From: Octopus sinensis
Lineage: Eukaryota
Direction: 5' to 3'
DNA: 64,000 nt
Assembly (NCBI RefSeq): GCF_006345805.1
Contig: NW_021833962.1
Coordinates: forward strand, 43,400-107,399
Shown: piece by piece, positions 39,291 to 52,689 of the stretch
Layout: every line of letters starts with the position of its first letter
Position numbering within the stretch: position 1 is the stretch's first letter
Position numbers and translations under genes: made by a program
The notes under the pieces: model-generated
Database searches by the model: none
What the model was told of the DNA's origin: nothing
Seen by the model: the letters and a program-made list of their open reading frames with translations, nothing else

Positions 39291-39383
<93 letters not shown>
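39290..39383. repeat. (CTAT)n microsatellite (another at 48740-48842)
   Basis: Visible directly. Confidence 0.95.
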
Positions 39384-39386
<3 letters not shown>

Positions 39387-39589
39387 TGCCTTTCATCCTT
39401 TCGAGGTCGATAAATTAAGTACCAGTTACGCACTGGAGTCGATGTAATCGACTTAACCCGTTTGTCTGTCCTTGTTTGTCCCCTATGTGTTTAACCCCTT
39501 GTGGGTAGTAAAGAAATCTATTTATCTATCTATCTATCTATTTTTAATATATATCTATACATACCTACCTACCTACATACATACATATT

Positions 39590-39810
39590 CTTTTATTCTT
39601 TTACTTGTTTTGAGCCATTTGACTGCGGCCATGCTAGAGCACCGCCTTTAGTCGAACAAATCGGCCCCAGGACTTACTCTTTGTATGCCTAGTACTTATT
39701 CTATCGGTCTCTTTTGTTGAACCGCTAATTTACGGGGACGTAAACACACCAGCATCGGTTGTCAAGCGATCCCGGGGGGACAAACACAGACACACAAATA
39801 CTCACACACA
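39590..39810 (-). mobile_element. SINE family A 3' half
   Basis: Reverse complement of the family A tail. Confidence 0.85.
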
Positions 39811-40018
39811 TATATAATTATTATTTCTTAATCTCTCAAAGAGTGATATTCAGTAACAGTTGCTTAGGCCTCAAGAAACCGGTCCACACATTTTGTTGGA
39901 ATGCTGAACTCCCTATTCGACAATATAAGGACTCAGACATTATGTCATAAAGCCAGCTAGATGTTCATTGTAACATTGTCCCTTCCAGGATAGCCACATT
40001 ATGTTGGCAAATACCTTA

Positions 40019-40055
<37 letters not shown>

Positions 40056-40058
<3 letters not shown>

Positions 40059-40262
40059 TAATCCCAACAAGAAAGCACAAAAAAACACAAACAAACGCGA
40101 GGACGTGGAACAAATATATGTATTATTGGACGCTGAGGAAAGAAGAGGGTTTAACGTTTCGAGCGGAGCTCTTCGTCGGAAACATAGGAGAAGGAAAGAT
40201 CCAGAGAAGGGAAGACAGAGGAAAAAAATATCCAACGGTACACACGAGGTCACATTTTGAAT
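40056..40262 (-). mobile_element. (TA)n-flanked ~200 bp element with hammerhead-like core, family H1 (copies 57186-57385 -, 61718-61905 +)
   Basis: Sense reading GTTT-CCGACGA-A-GAGC-TCC-GCTC-GAAAC-GTT-AAAC. Confidence 0.6.
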
Positions 40263-40288
40263 ATATATATATAATATATATATATATC

Positions 40289-40324
<36 letters not shown>

Positions 40325-40359
40325 TATTATATATATATATATATGTAGGGTGAATTCAC

Positions 40360-40550
40360 AAACAAAAAGAACAAACAAAAGACGAAGACAGATGGTGTAG
40401 ACAATAAACAGATGTATTAGTATAACCGCCCGGGAAGTGAAAAAGCCTTTAACGTTTCGAGCCTACGCTCTTCCACAGAAAGGAACACAGAAAGAAACAG
40501 GGAGAGAAAATAAAGAATGTGTAGTGGCTAGCGATCTATCATGGCGTATG
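40360..40550 (-). mobile_element. (TA)n-flanked element with hammerhead-like core, family H2 (copies ~43890-44160 -, ~48850-49190 +)
   Basis: Sense reading (T)GAAGAGCGTAGGCTCGAAACGT. Confidence 0.55.
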
Positions 40551-41180
40551 TATGAATGTCTGTACGTACGTGTATGTATGTAAGCGTCATTCCATTATAT
40601 ATAAACTCCCTACACTTTAATGTCTGTCAAACCCCATCATCCGAAATTGCTAACCTTTGAGAAAAAAATACAAAAAAAAAATAACTATGAGGAAGCAAAA
40701 AGGAAAGATAGAGAAAGAATGACTAAGAAAAGCACAACGGTAAAATGGAAAAAACCAAGACAAATTAAGCGCCGAGAATATAGACAGGAAGGCAAATGAT
40801 ATGAAATCTGTAAAGTGATAGGGTTACAGAAAGAAAAGCACGTAGTCCAAACCCGTTTCAAGTGAACCGTATCGTTTCAGGCATTGTTCTTAATACCGGT
40901 ATATACAAGGCGCAGGTGTCGTTGTGTCTAAGAAGCTTGCTTCTTAAGTGCAGCGACGCATGGGTCTAGCTTCGGTGTCACTGCATGGTATTTGGGACAA
41001 GTGTTTTCTTCTATAGCAACAGGTCGATCGCAGCCTTCTGTGTGAATTTGGTTGACGGAAACTGACTGAAAGAAGCCCGTCGCCAACGATAACGGCATGA
41101 AACTGTTGTGATCTCCTTGGCGTTGACTGACGAGGAATTAGCTACGAATTTTCCGTGTGTTATGGATTTTTAATTCTTTT

Positions 41181-41604
41181 TTTTCTTTTACTTGTTTCAG
41201 TCATTTGACTGCGGCCATGCTGGAGCACGCCTTTAGTCGAGCAAATCGAACCCCGGGACTTATTCTTTGTAAGCCCATACTTATTCTATCGGTCACTTTT
41301 GCCGAACCGCTAAGTGACGGGGACGTAAGCACACCAGCATCGGTTGTCAAGCAATGCTAGGGGACAACACAGACACACAAACACGCACATATATAATATA
41401 TATATATATAATATATATATATATAATATATATAATATATACATAAGACGCGGGCTTCTTTCATTTCCGTCTACCAAAAATCCACTCACAGGCATTGGTC
41501 GGCCCGAGGCTAAAGTAGAAGACACTTGCCCAAGGTGCCACGCAGTGGGACTGAACCCGGAACCATGTGGTTGGTAAACAAGCTACTTACCACACAGCCA
41601 CGCG
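41181..41604 (-). mobile_element. SINE family A, near full length
   Basis: Reverse complement of the family A head and tail. Confidence 0.9.
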
Positions 41605-41900
41605 TCTTCCAAGTTTGTGCCAAAACGGCTTTCAGCTGACCAAGAAGACACGCGGGTTTCAGTTGCTCAAGATCTCGTTGATTGTGTTGAGAACGATGGA
41701 AACTGTCTGAAGACTCTGCGTAGGTCCCTGAGCAAAATTTGATGCAGATTCTCTTAGCTTTACCTGTCATGGTCAATGCGACGATCACACGCTACACACC
41801 TTCCTCCCAAGCTCTGCTCTATGCAGTGGAAGTGAGCTAGAACGTTAAAACGTAGTCTGCATGCACGGCAGAGTTCAAGGTCAATCTGTGCTAAGCGGCC
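41605..41900. mobile_element. Rearranged relic of a second mariner family
   Basis: Plus strand KFVPKRLSADQEDTRVSVAQDLVDCVENDGNCLKT abuts minus-strand N-terminal KRICIKFC. Confidence 0.7.
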
Positions 41901-41924
41901 TCACGTTGAGTGCTTTAGCTTCAT

Positions 41925-42340
41925 TACTATGGCATCAATCCAAATACTTATGTCTTACGAAGAAAGGCTGAAGACGCTCGACCTTTATTCTCTAGAAAAA
42001 CGACGACGCCGTGGTGATCTCATTCTTGCTCACACAACCATAAGCGGAAAGTGCTGTTCTTCACTCCTGCTCCAGGCGTTGGCTGCGGGGTCCACTCCGA
42101 AAAGCTCTATCTGCGACGATTTCATCTCAATCGAAGGAGAGGGCTTTCTCCTCCGGGTTGCGGATCCGTGGAATAGCTGCCGGACGAGATGGTGAAGATG
42201 CCGCGACCCTCGGTTTCAAAGTCTCCCTTGACCACAAGTGGCCTGAACTCTTTACATGAACACCACCCTGTACATAACTCCATGTCCCCCTACATGGCCT
42301 TGCTTTTTGCTTTTTGAGTCAAAAATTAACTAATTAACTT
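41925..42340 (+). mobile_element. CR1 LINE 3' fragment
   Basis: MSYEERLKTLDLYSLEKRRRRGDLI, RVADPWN, then a short 3' UTR and an AATTAACT tandem tail. Confidence 0.85.
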
Positions 42341-42586
42341 ATTGATCAGACCTCGTATATATGCGAGGGAGTGCCGAAAAGAAACAAGAATTTTGCAACA
42401 GTTTAGATTTACATCGCTTTGGGATTTGGTTTGCAAGATTCTTTATGTGAGTTCGTGTGTTGAAGCATATTTTGTTGTGTCTGGGGAGAGTCATTTTCTT
42501 TTTGTGCCTTATAATTTAACACACTCACTGGTAAAACTTCCACTTATTTCTCATTTTTATTTTCCTAATACACACACACACACATA

Positions 42587-42618
<32 letters not shown>

Positions 42619-42725
42619 CATACATATATATATATACATATATATATATATATGCATATATAATATATACATATATATATATATATACATATATATATAT
42701 GCACATATATATATACATATATCTG

Positions 42726-42777
<52 letters not shown>

Positions 42778-43069
42778 TAATATGCATTATATATACATAA
42801 TATGTATATATATATACATATATATATATATACATATATATACACATATATATATACATATACATATATATATATATATATCGTTTGGATTTGGTTGCAA
42901 GATTCTTTATATGAGTTCGTGTGTTGAAGTATATGTTGTTGTGTTTGGGGAGAGTCATTCTCTTTTGGCGCCTTATAATTTAACACACTCGCCGGTAAAG
43001 TTTCCACTTAGTTATTATTTTTACTTTCCTAAAATGTTCGTTGCGTCTTGCAACCTTTTCAATAGTTTT

Positions 43070-43263
43070 GACCCTGTCCATCACTCACATGTTTCACATT
43101 TTTACACTTTTATTGTCTTCAAAGTATTCTCCATTTGAAATAAAGCATCAATCCAGACACAATTTCCACCAGTTCAAAGCAGTGCTGGAATTCTTGCAAA
43201 GTGATACCTTTTAACACCCCCGAAGCTTTTTTCGTCACCTCTTCCACATCTGCAAATTTTGAA
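43070..43263 (-). mobile_element. Mariner transposase C-terminal relic
   Basis: KFADVEEVTKKASGVLKGITLQEFQHCFE...SNGEYFED. Confidence 0.75.
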
Positions 43264-43760
43264 TGCGTGGCACCTTGGGCAAGTGTCTTCTACTATAGCC
43301 TCGGGCCGACCAAAGCCTTGTTAGTGGATTTGGTAGACGGAAACTGAAAGAAGCCCGTCGTATATATATGTATGTATGTATATATATATATATATATATA
43401 TATGTTGACCTGCTTGCTTAGCCAGCGAGGTGGCGTCATTCAAAGGCTATAACAATGCGAAGGCATTGTGACCAGCGATGTGTAACAACATCTGATGGTC
43501 TGGTCGGTCACATGATGATGTGATGATGAGGATATATATATGTATATGTATGTGTGTGTGTGTGTCTATGTTTGTCCCCACAACATCGCTTGACAACCGA
43601 TGCTGGTGTGTTTACGTTCCCGTAACTTAGCGTTTCGGCACGAGAGACCGATGGAACAAGTACTAGACTTACAAACAAGTCCTGGGGTCGATTTGCTCGA
43701 TTAAAAAAAGGCGGTGCTCCAGCATGGCCGCAGTCAAATGACTGAAACAAGTAAAAGAGT
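43264..43760 (+). mobile_element. SINE family A pieces interrupted by another repeat
   Basis: Core at 43264-43365, 3' half at 43540-43760. Confidence 0.8.
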
Positions 43761-44659
43761 ATATAGATAGATAGATAAATAAATAAGTATACACACACAC
43801 ACACACATATATATGTAGATAGATAAATAGATTCACTCTGACACATATATACACAGACACACCACCGCATAATATATATATATATATAACGGGAATCTTT
43901 ATGAAAATAAACAAAAGACGAAGGCAGGGGATGACAAACGAACAATTGTATTAGTATGCGCTCAGGAAATATAAATAAACAAGTCTTTAAACGTTTCGAG
44001 CCTACGCTCTTCAACAAAAGATACACAGAGAGAGAAAAACACAGAAAGAAGGAGAGAAAAAAAATGCGTGCAGTAGCTAACGAATCAACATGGCGATCTG
44101 ATTTCGGCCAGAGGTCAAGATCAAACATGAGACGCGAGAGCGAAATAAGGGAGATAATAGGGTTGATAAAGGTTGAGTGACCAGCTAAAGTGCGTGGGAG
44201 GGGTCTGGATGTGTGTATGTATAGGGTTGGTGTAATGTATTAATATGTATACGGTGTGTGTGTGGTGTGTGTGTGTTGTATGAGAGATTTAGTGCGTAAG
44301 ATTGTCTGGACGTGCGTATGTATGGGGTTGGTGTATGTATTAGTATGTATTAGTATGTATTAGTACGTATTGGTATGTATAGGTTTGTGTGTGTGTGTGT
44401 GAGAGAGTATAAGTGCGTATGCGGGGTCTGGACGTGTGTATGTATAGGTTGGTGTAAGTATTAGTATGTACTATATACACACACACACACTTATTATGTA
44501 GATAGATAAATAGATTCACTCTGACACATATTTATACACACATATACACACATATATATATATATCGTTATTTCGTGTGTGTGTGAAAGCCTACTTAGAA
44601 AATAGTTCAACTTGGCCAAAAACGAGGGTCATCATATAAATTATAATAATTAAGTGGAA

Positions 44660-44915
44660 CACACGCTGCTGATTGGTTGACGTCTCAGTGACGTGGCTAA
44701 CCTCTATTGTGACGTGACCTCAATTATAGTAATGATGTGCATTACTCACTGCTAACCATGTCAGGGAATTCCATTCCCATGAAATGACGTCACGCGCTAT
44801 AAATAGCAACAGTTTGTTACGCCTTCCCCTCTTTCGGCCTCCTCTCGTTGTATAATCTTTTTCGCGGGCGCGCGCTGGGGGTGTTTTCCCGCTTCTGTAG
44901 CGTGTCGTGTATGTG
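44660..44915 (+). promoter_or_regulatory. Candidate rightward Pol II promoter: CCAAT, four CRE/ATF-type sites, kB-like site, TATA, CpG-rich leader
   Basis: ATTGG 44672, TGACGTCT 44678, TGACGTGG 44689, TGACGTGA 44710, GGGAATTCC 44764, TGACGTCA 44785, TATAAATA 44798, GCGGGCGCGCG ~44864. Confidence 0.6.
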
Positions 44916-45603
44916 TGTGTTTATGTGTACTTTTCTGTGTGTGTGTACGTGTGTTTGTGTCTTATCTTGTTTACGTGTACTTTGTGGTCATTTTCTATGC
45001 TGAAAATAGCAGCCAAATCTCTCTTAAATCTAAAGAGTGCTCGATTAATTCATTTGTGTAGTACAAGATATACTATTCTTGACGCGTGGCCACAGATGGA
45101 ACGCTTTCCCTCATACTTCTGCTCACCATGCTAGAAATAGCAGTCAAGTCTCGCTCAAATCATGCTCTACTCTGTTATATATATGTACACACACACACAC
45201 ACACACGTATATATATACACATATACGACGGGCCTCTTTCAGTCTCCGTCTACCAAATCCACTCACAAGCTTTGGTCGGCCCGAGGCTATAGTAGAAGAC
45301 ACTTGCCCAAGGTGCCACACAGTGAGACTGAACCCGAAACCATGTGGTTCGTAAGCAAGCTACTTACCTATTTCCTTACTACCCACAAGGGGCTAAACAC
45401 AGAGAGGACAAACAAGGACAGACAAACGGATTAAGTCGATTATATCGACGCCAGTGCGTAACTGGTACTTATTTAATCGATCCCGAAAGGACGGAAGGCA
45501 AAGTCGACCTCGGCAGAATTTGAACTCAGAACGTGGCGGCAGACGAAATGCCGCTAAGCATTTCGCTCGGCGTGCTAACGACTCTAGCCCTCACAGAGCG
45601 CAA

Positions 45604-46360
45604 ACCTCCGCCAAGGCAACACCAATGTCCTCTCAACGATTAGCCGGAGATGATTTTTAAAATGAGAATATCTGAAATAAACTCGACTGCTCTCACAAAT
45701 GAGTGTACTAAAGATGAGGAGGCGCAATGGCCCAGTGGTTAGGGCAGCGGACTCGCGGTCGTAGGATCGCGGTTTCGATTCCCAGACCGGGCATTGTGAG
45801 TGTTTATTGAGCGAAAACACCTAGAAGCTCCATGAGGCTCCGGCAGGGGATGGTGGTGTTCCCTGCTGTACTCTTTCACCACAACTTTCTCTTACTTCCT
45901 GTTTCTGTTGTACCTGTATTTCAAGGGGTGGGGGGCGGCCTTGTCACTCTCTGTGTCACGCTGAATATCCCCGAGAACTACGTTAAGGGTGCACGTGTCT
46001 GTGGAGTGCTCAGTCACTTACACGTTAATTTCTCGAGCAGGCTGTTCCGTTGATTCGGATCAACCGGAACCCTCGTCGTCGTAACCGACGGAGTGCTTCC
46101 ATTCCTTCCACTAAAGATAAACCCGACTGCTTTCAAAAATTAAGTAAAAAAACTGTAAGAAAGTAATCCAAAATTCCTGTCCGGTACCTAATCGATCCCA
46201 AAATCTAATCAGTTCGTGCCAGTCACGAGGCCAAAAGTATCTGACAGTTTCATCCGCATCCACCCAGCGGTTCTTGAGATATCTTGTGCAGGGGAAGAAA
46301 GAAAGAAAGAAAAAACCCACGAAAAAACACGACTGAAAACAATACCTCCGCCTTCGCAAA
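45604..46360 (+). mobile_element. Helentron-associated (HINE/DINE-like) element with nested SINE B
   Basis: 5' ACCTCCGCCAAGG, internal CCAAAATCTAATCAGTTC and CAGCGGTTCTTGAGATATC, 3' GAAAACAATACCTCCGCCTTCG. Family assignment from recalled motifs. Confidence 0.55.
45718..46108 (+). mobile_element. SINE family B, full length, TSD ACTAAAGAT
   Basis: A/B boxes, tail and duplicated flank. Confidence 0.9.
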
Positions 46361-46390
46361 TTAAAAGTAGTAGTAGTAGTAGTAGTAGTA

Positions 46391-46426
<36 letters not shown>

Positions 46427-46595
46427 GATAATATTTTATGCTATAATAATTATAATGATAAGCTTATGTATATATACATAAGTACATACAAACACATATG
46501 TATTTATATTATATATATATATGTGTGTGTGTGTGAATATGTGTGTAATATATATATATATATATATAATATTATAGATATATACAATACACACC

Positions 46596-46626
<31 letters not shown>

Positions 46627-47019
46627 CACATACCCACCCACGCGCACATGTACATTAGACATCAAACACGCATATTGTATCTACACACGAATGCAGATGA
46701 CATACATTTCTCTTTCAGCTGTAATCATGTGTGCTGAGGCGAGTGCACACACATACACACACACACACAGATACAGACACACACACACGTGTAGTATTTG
46801 TGTCAATATTTATTGACACCCACCATAGGGATTAGAGGATTATTTACTGTAATTCAATGTAACCGAGCGCGCGCTCACACACATACACGCACACACACAC
46901 ACACACACGCATAAGATATGCTTCTACATACGTGCATACACACACATATGCTTTCACACACATACACACAGACATACTGTCACGCACTCACATATTTACA
47001 CACACACACTTTCAAACAT

Positions 47020-47990
47020 ACGCACACAGCCTCACACACACTATAGTTACACACACACACACTATAGTTACACACACACACACCATAGTTACACACAAAC
47101 ACACACTATAGTTACACACACACACACACACTATAGTTACACACACACACACTATAGTTACACACACACACACCATAGTTACACACAAACACACACTATA
47201 GTTACACACACACACACACACTATAGTTACACACACACACACTATAGTTACACACACACGCACTATAGTTACACACACACACACTCTATAGTTACGCACA
47301 TACACACTATAGTTACACACACACACCATAGTTACACACAAACACACACTATAGTTACACACACACACACACTATAGTTACACACACACGCACTATAGTT
47401 ACACACACACACACTATAGTTACACACACACGCACTATAGTTACACACTATAGTTACGCTCACACACACTATAGTTACACACATAGTTACACACTCACAC
47501 ACACTAGAGTTACACACATACACTATAGTCACGCACACACACTATATGTACACGCAAACACACAAAATAGTCACACACTCACACACACTATTTACACACA
47601 CACACACACACTATATTTATACACACGCATTCACACTATAGTTACACACACATAGTCACACTATTTATACACACACACACACTATAGTTACATACACACA
47701 CACTATATTTACACACACACGCATATGCACTATAGTTACACACACGCACTTACACTATATTTACACACACACTCACACTATAGTTACGCACACACACTAT
47801 ATTTACACACCCACACACTCACTATTTACACACACACACTCACACTATAGTTACGCACACACACTCACACTATAGTTACACACACACACATATGCACTAT
47901 ATTTACACACACACACTCACATTATATTTACACACACACATATGCACTATAGTTACACACACGCACTTACACTATATTTACACACACACA
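47020..47990. repeat. (CA)n-ACTATAGTT minisatellite, ~20-22 bp units
   Basis: Recurring CACACTATAGTTACACAC. Confidence 0.95.
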
Positions 47991-48102
47991 CACATATGGA
48001 GGACACGCCTTATTCTCAAACACAAAACTTCCAAGAAAAACAAATTTGTTAAATGCATTCGTGTATAAACAGATATCTTTTATTGGGTTCACACACACAC
48101 GC

Positions 48103-48139
<37 letters not shown>

Positions 48140-48739
48140 CACACATATATATTTACATACCTACACACCCACGCACTCACACGCATATGCAAACATTCTT
48201 ATAAATGTATGTTAAAGTACGGGTTATGAACACGCAACGCTGTGTATATACAAATATTTTCTTATGTCTTTATCCGAATGAACGCTAATGTGTGTGTGTG
48301 TGTGTGTATATAATTATAAAACACACACACACACAGACACACAAACGACACAGACACAGACACACACAAACATGAACACACACACACACACGCATATATA
48401 TATAGATATATATATAGCATACTATATATATATATACAGATACATATATACGATATACGATGGCTTCGTTCAGTTTGCGTATAACAAATCCACTCACAAG
48501 GCTTTGGTCGGTCCGAGGCTACAGTAGAAGATACATGCTCAAGATGCCACGCAGTGGGACTGAACCCAGAACCAATGTGGTTGCTTGTCTTTACATTCTG
48601 AGTTCAAATTCCGCCTAGGTAGACTTTGCATTTCATCCTCTCGGGGTCGATAAATTAAGTAACAGTTGCGTACTGGGGTCGATCTAATCGAGTGCCTCCC
48701 TCCCTTAAAATTGCAGCCCTAGTGCCTAGAGTAGAAAAG

Positions 48740-48840
<101 letters not shown>

Positions 48841-48960
48841 ATATGGAACTCAACTGATGAAAGAAAACCCCGTTTTTTGTTGTCTCTTTTTGTATCATCT
48901 AACTGTCTGGATGTCTTGTTGCCTGTTGCGTTCTTGTCCCATTTTTTGTGTTCTGATATA

Positions 48961-48995
<35 letters not shown>

Positions 48996-49499
48996 CGCAT
49001 TTTTTTCTCTCCTTGTTTCTCTCTCGTGTTTCTTTCTGTGTATCTTTCTGTTGAAGAGCGTAGGCTCGAAACGTAAAGAACTTGTTCTACTTTCCATTCC
49101 TTGCGCCATACTATACAATTGTTTGTTTTGTACTCTCCCCCGCCTTCGTCTTTTGTTTATTTTCATAAAGCTTCCCGTTATATATATATATATAAAGTTC
49201 ACAGTTAGCTGTGAACTTAATCTTGGTCTGTTTGGCATCCTACTTCATGTTCCTGAAATTCATATCTACAGCTTTATCGGTATATTTACCTTCTCTAGGA
49301 TGTTACTAATTGATTTGAGAACTTTACATTGTTGGAAAACCTATATGAAATTACCTGAAGATTACTTGACATATTATATCTGCTGTAATATTTGCAGCTT
49401 TAATAAATTGTTTAGGTATGAACAATGTACTAAATTACCGATCCATTCTTGTTGCTTAGCTTATTTTTATTTAATAATATATTTATATATATGTATATT

Positions 49500-49606
49500 G
49501 GACAAGTGTCTTCTACTATAGCCTCAGTCCGACCAACCTTTGAGTGGAATGGTAGATGGAAACTGAAAAGAAGCCAGTCGTATATATGTATATGTGTATA
49601 TATATA

Positions 49607-49644
<38 letters not shown>

Positions 49645-49895
49645 TATATATAGATATATCTGTGTGTGTGTGTGTGTGTTTGTGTGTCTGGTGTTTGTCC
49701 CCCCACACCCCCACATCACTTGACAACCGATGCTGGTGTGTTTACGTCCCCGTAAAATTAGCGGTTCGGTAAATGAAACCGATAGAATAAATAGTAGGGT
49801 TACAAAGAATAAGTCCTAGGGTCGATTTGCTCGACTAAAGGCAGTGCTCCAGCATGGCCGCAGTCAAATGACTGAAACAAGTAAAGGAGTAAAGA
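49500..49895 (+). mobile_element. SINE family A, 5'-truncated
   Basis: Core and tail. Confidence 0.85.
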
Positions 49896-50054
49896 GTATA
49901 TTTCTACTCGACGGGCTTCTTTCACTTTCCGTCAACCAAATCCATTCACAGGTTTTTTTCTTATTATCAATGATTAATTAGAAATTTAAATAACCGTAAG
50001 CAATTATAACTGCTTCTTTTGTAAATGCCTCAAAACAATTGTTGCGAAACCAAC

Positions 50055-50375
50055 TGGTACTCCGTCGGTTACGACGACGAGGGTTCCAGTTGGGCCGGTC
50101 AACGGAACAACCTGCTCGTGAAATTAACGTGCAAGTGGCTGAGTACTCCGCAGACACGCGTACCCTTGATGTAGTTCTCAGGGAGATTCAGTGTGACACA
50201 GTGTGTGACAAGGCTGTCTCCTTTGAAATACAGGTGCTACTGATCTTTGTCAGTTGAAAGGACTGGGGCAAAATAAAATAAATTGTCCCGTTTAGGGACG
50301 ATATGCGCTACTGGGAATCGAACTCTCGACCTAACGATCGTGCGCCAAATGCCTTAACCATTTAGCCACATGCCT
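50055..50375 (-). mobile_element. SINE family B, diverged
   Basis: ACTCCGTCGGTTACGACGACGAGGG tail and head relic GGGAATCGAACTC. Confidence 0.75.
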
Positions 50376-50419
50376 TCATGGAATGCATCCCGTACATACA
50401 TAAAATGTAAATCTGTATT

Positions 50420-50992
50420 ATAGGGTACCCAGAACTATTGAGGTACCTGGTGATATTATTGAGGTACTTGGTGATATTATTAGGGTACCTGATGATATTA
50501 ATAGGGTACCTGGTGATATTACTGAGGTATTTAGTGATATTAATGGAGTACTTGGGGATATTGGAGTACCTGGTGATGTTATTGGGGTACTTGGGGGGAT
50601 ATTATTGGGGTACCTAATGATATTAGGGTACCTGGTGATATTACTGAAGTATTTAGGGATATTAATGGAGTACTTGGTGATATTATTGGGGTACTTGGGG
50701 GGATATTAATGTGGTACCTGATGATATTATTAGGGTACCTGGTGATATTACTGAGGTATTTAGTGATATTAATGGAGTACTTGGGGATATTATTGGGGTA
50801 CTTGGGGGGATATTATTGGAGTACCTGGTGATGTTATTGGGGGGATATTATTGGGGTACCTGATGATATTATTAGGGTACCTGGTGATATTACTGAGGTA
50901 TTTAGTGATATTAATGGAGTACTTGGTGATATTATTGGAGTACCTGGTGGTGTTATTGGGGTACTTGGGGGGATATTATTGGGGTACCTTGT
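50420..50992. repeat. 21-bp minisatellite GGGTACCTGGTGATATTATT(G) with higher-order pattern
   Basis: About 27 variant units; block AGGGTACCTGGTGATATTACT-GAGGTATTTAGTGATATTAAT-GGAGTACTTGG recurs 4 times. Confidence 0.92.
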
Positions 50993-51159
50993 TAATTATG
51001 TAACTAGTTGCCTCAACACAAAAGTTGCGAAGGTTGTGTTCAGAAAACCATAAGTGCCACGGTTAATTAGGAAAGGGTAATTGGGGCTCATTAGCAAAAC
51101 TGTAAAAATATGTGAAACATTCCGGAGTTTAAGCATGTGATACATAACATCACACATTC

Positions 51160-52195
51160 ACTTGGAGACACATACACAAAGACACACACATACACAGATG
51201 CACACATACACACATACAAATACAAACACATACACACATTCAGACACATACAGATACACACTTGCGCATACAGGCACACAACCACACATCCACATACACA
51301 CATGCATACTTACATACATACATACAGATACACAGACACACATACACATACATACAGACATACACACATACATACACACAGTCACATAGACACACACACG
51401 CACGTACTGATACATAAACACATACAGACGCATACACACACACATACATACATGCATACAGACACACACATACACGTACGCACACATACATACATACACA
51501 CAGACACATAGACACACACTTACACACATACGTACAGGCACAGAGACACATACACTTACACACATACATACATACATGCACACACAGACATACATACACA
51601 CAGACACACATAAACACATACAGACGCATACAGACACACACACACATACATACATGCATACACACACACACATACAAGTACGCACATACATACACACAGG
51701 CACATAGACACACACACTTACACACATACACACACAGACATACATACACACACATACATACATACAGGCACATAGACTCACACACATACATACGTACACA
51801 CACAGACACACATACACATACATACAGGCACATAGACACACACACTTACACACATACACACACAGACATACATACACACACAGACATACATACACACACA
51901 GACATACATACACGTACATACAGGCACAGAGACACACACACTTTCATACATACGTACACACACAGACACACATACACATACATACAGGCACATAGACATA
52001 CACACATACACACACAGACATACATGCACACACAGACAAACATTAACACATACATACAGGCACATAGACACACACACTTACACACATACATACACACACA
52101 TACACACATGCACATACATACGGGTACATAGACACAGAGGGTGTTGTAGGAACGTGTGAACATATTTTAACACCCACGCAAGTTAAAACATGCTG

Positions 52196-52244
<49 letters not shown>

Positions 52245-52250
52245 CGTACA
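51160..52250. repeat. CA-rich complex microsatellite
   Basis: Visible directly. Confidence 0.95.
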
Positions 52251-52689
52251 CACACATTCACACTTAGATAAAGTACACCCATCATTAGTAGCTGTCATCA
52301 ATCATCGAACCAAACGCCAACGGTAAAGACATCATATCTGACGCTATACACTGGGCTGGCACTCCGTCGGTCGCGACGAGTGTTTCAGGCTATCCGATTA
52401 ACGGAACAGCCAGAAGTTTATCATTTAAATATATATGAGCATGTCTAGACATGCAGTATATGCATGAGAATACATACATAAAATAAAACTTACAAATCTG
52501 TACGCATATATAGATACATTCATATAAACGAAAATACCCTGTTATTGATGTTGAAATTCCAATGAGGAGCCTTGGATCTAGGTTAGAAACCGGTTCTTTC
52601 TCTATTGGCAAGAAATCTTGATATAAAACTGAATAATGACATACATACATACATATAAACATACAAGCGTATATATATATACTCATGCG

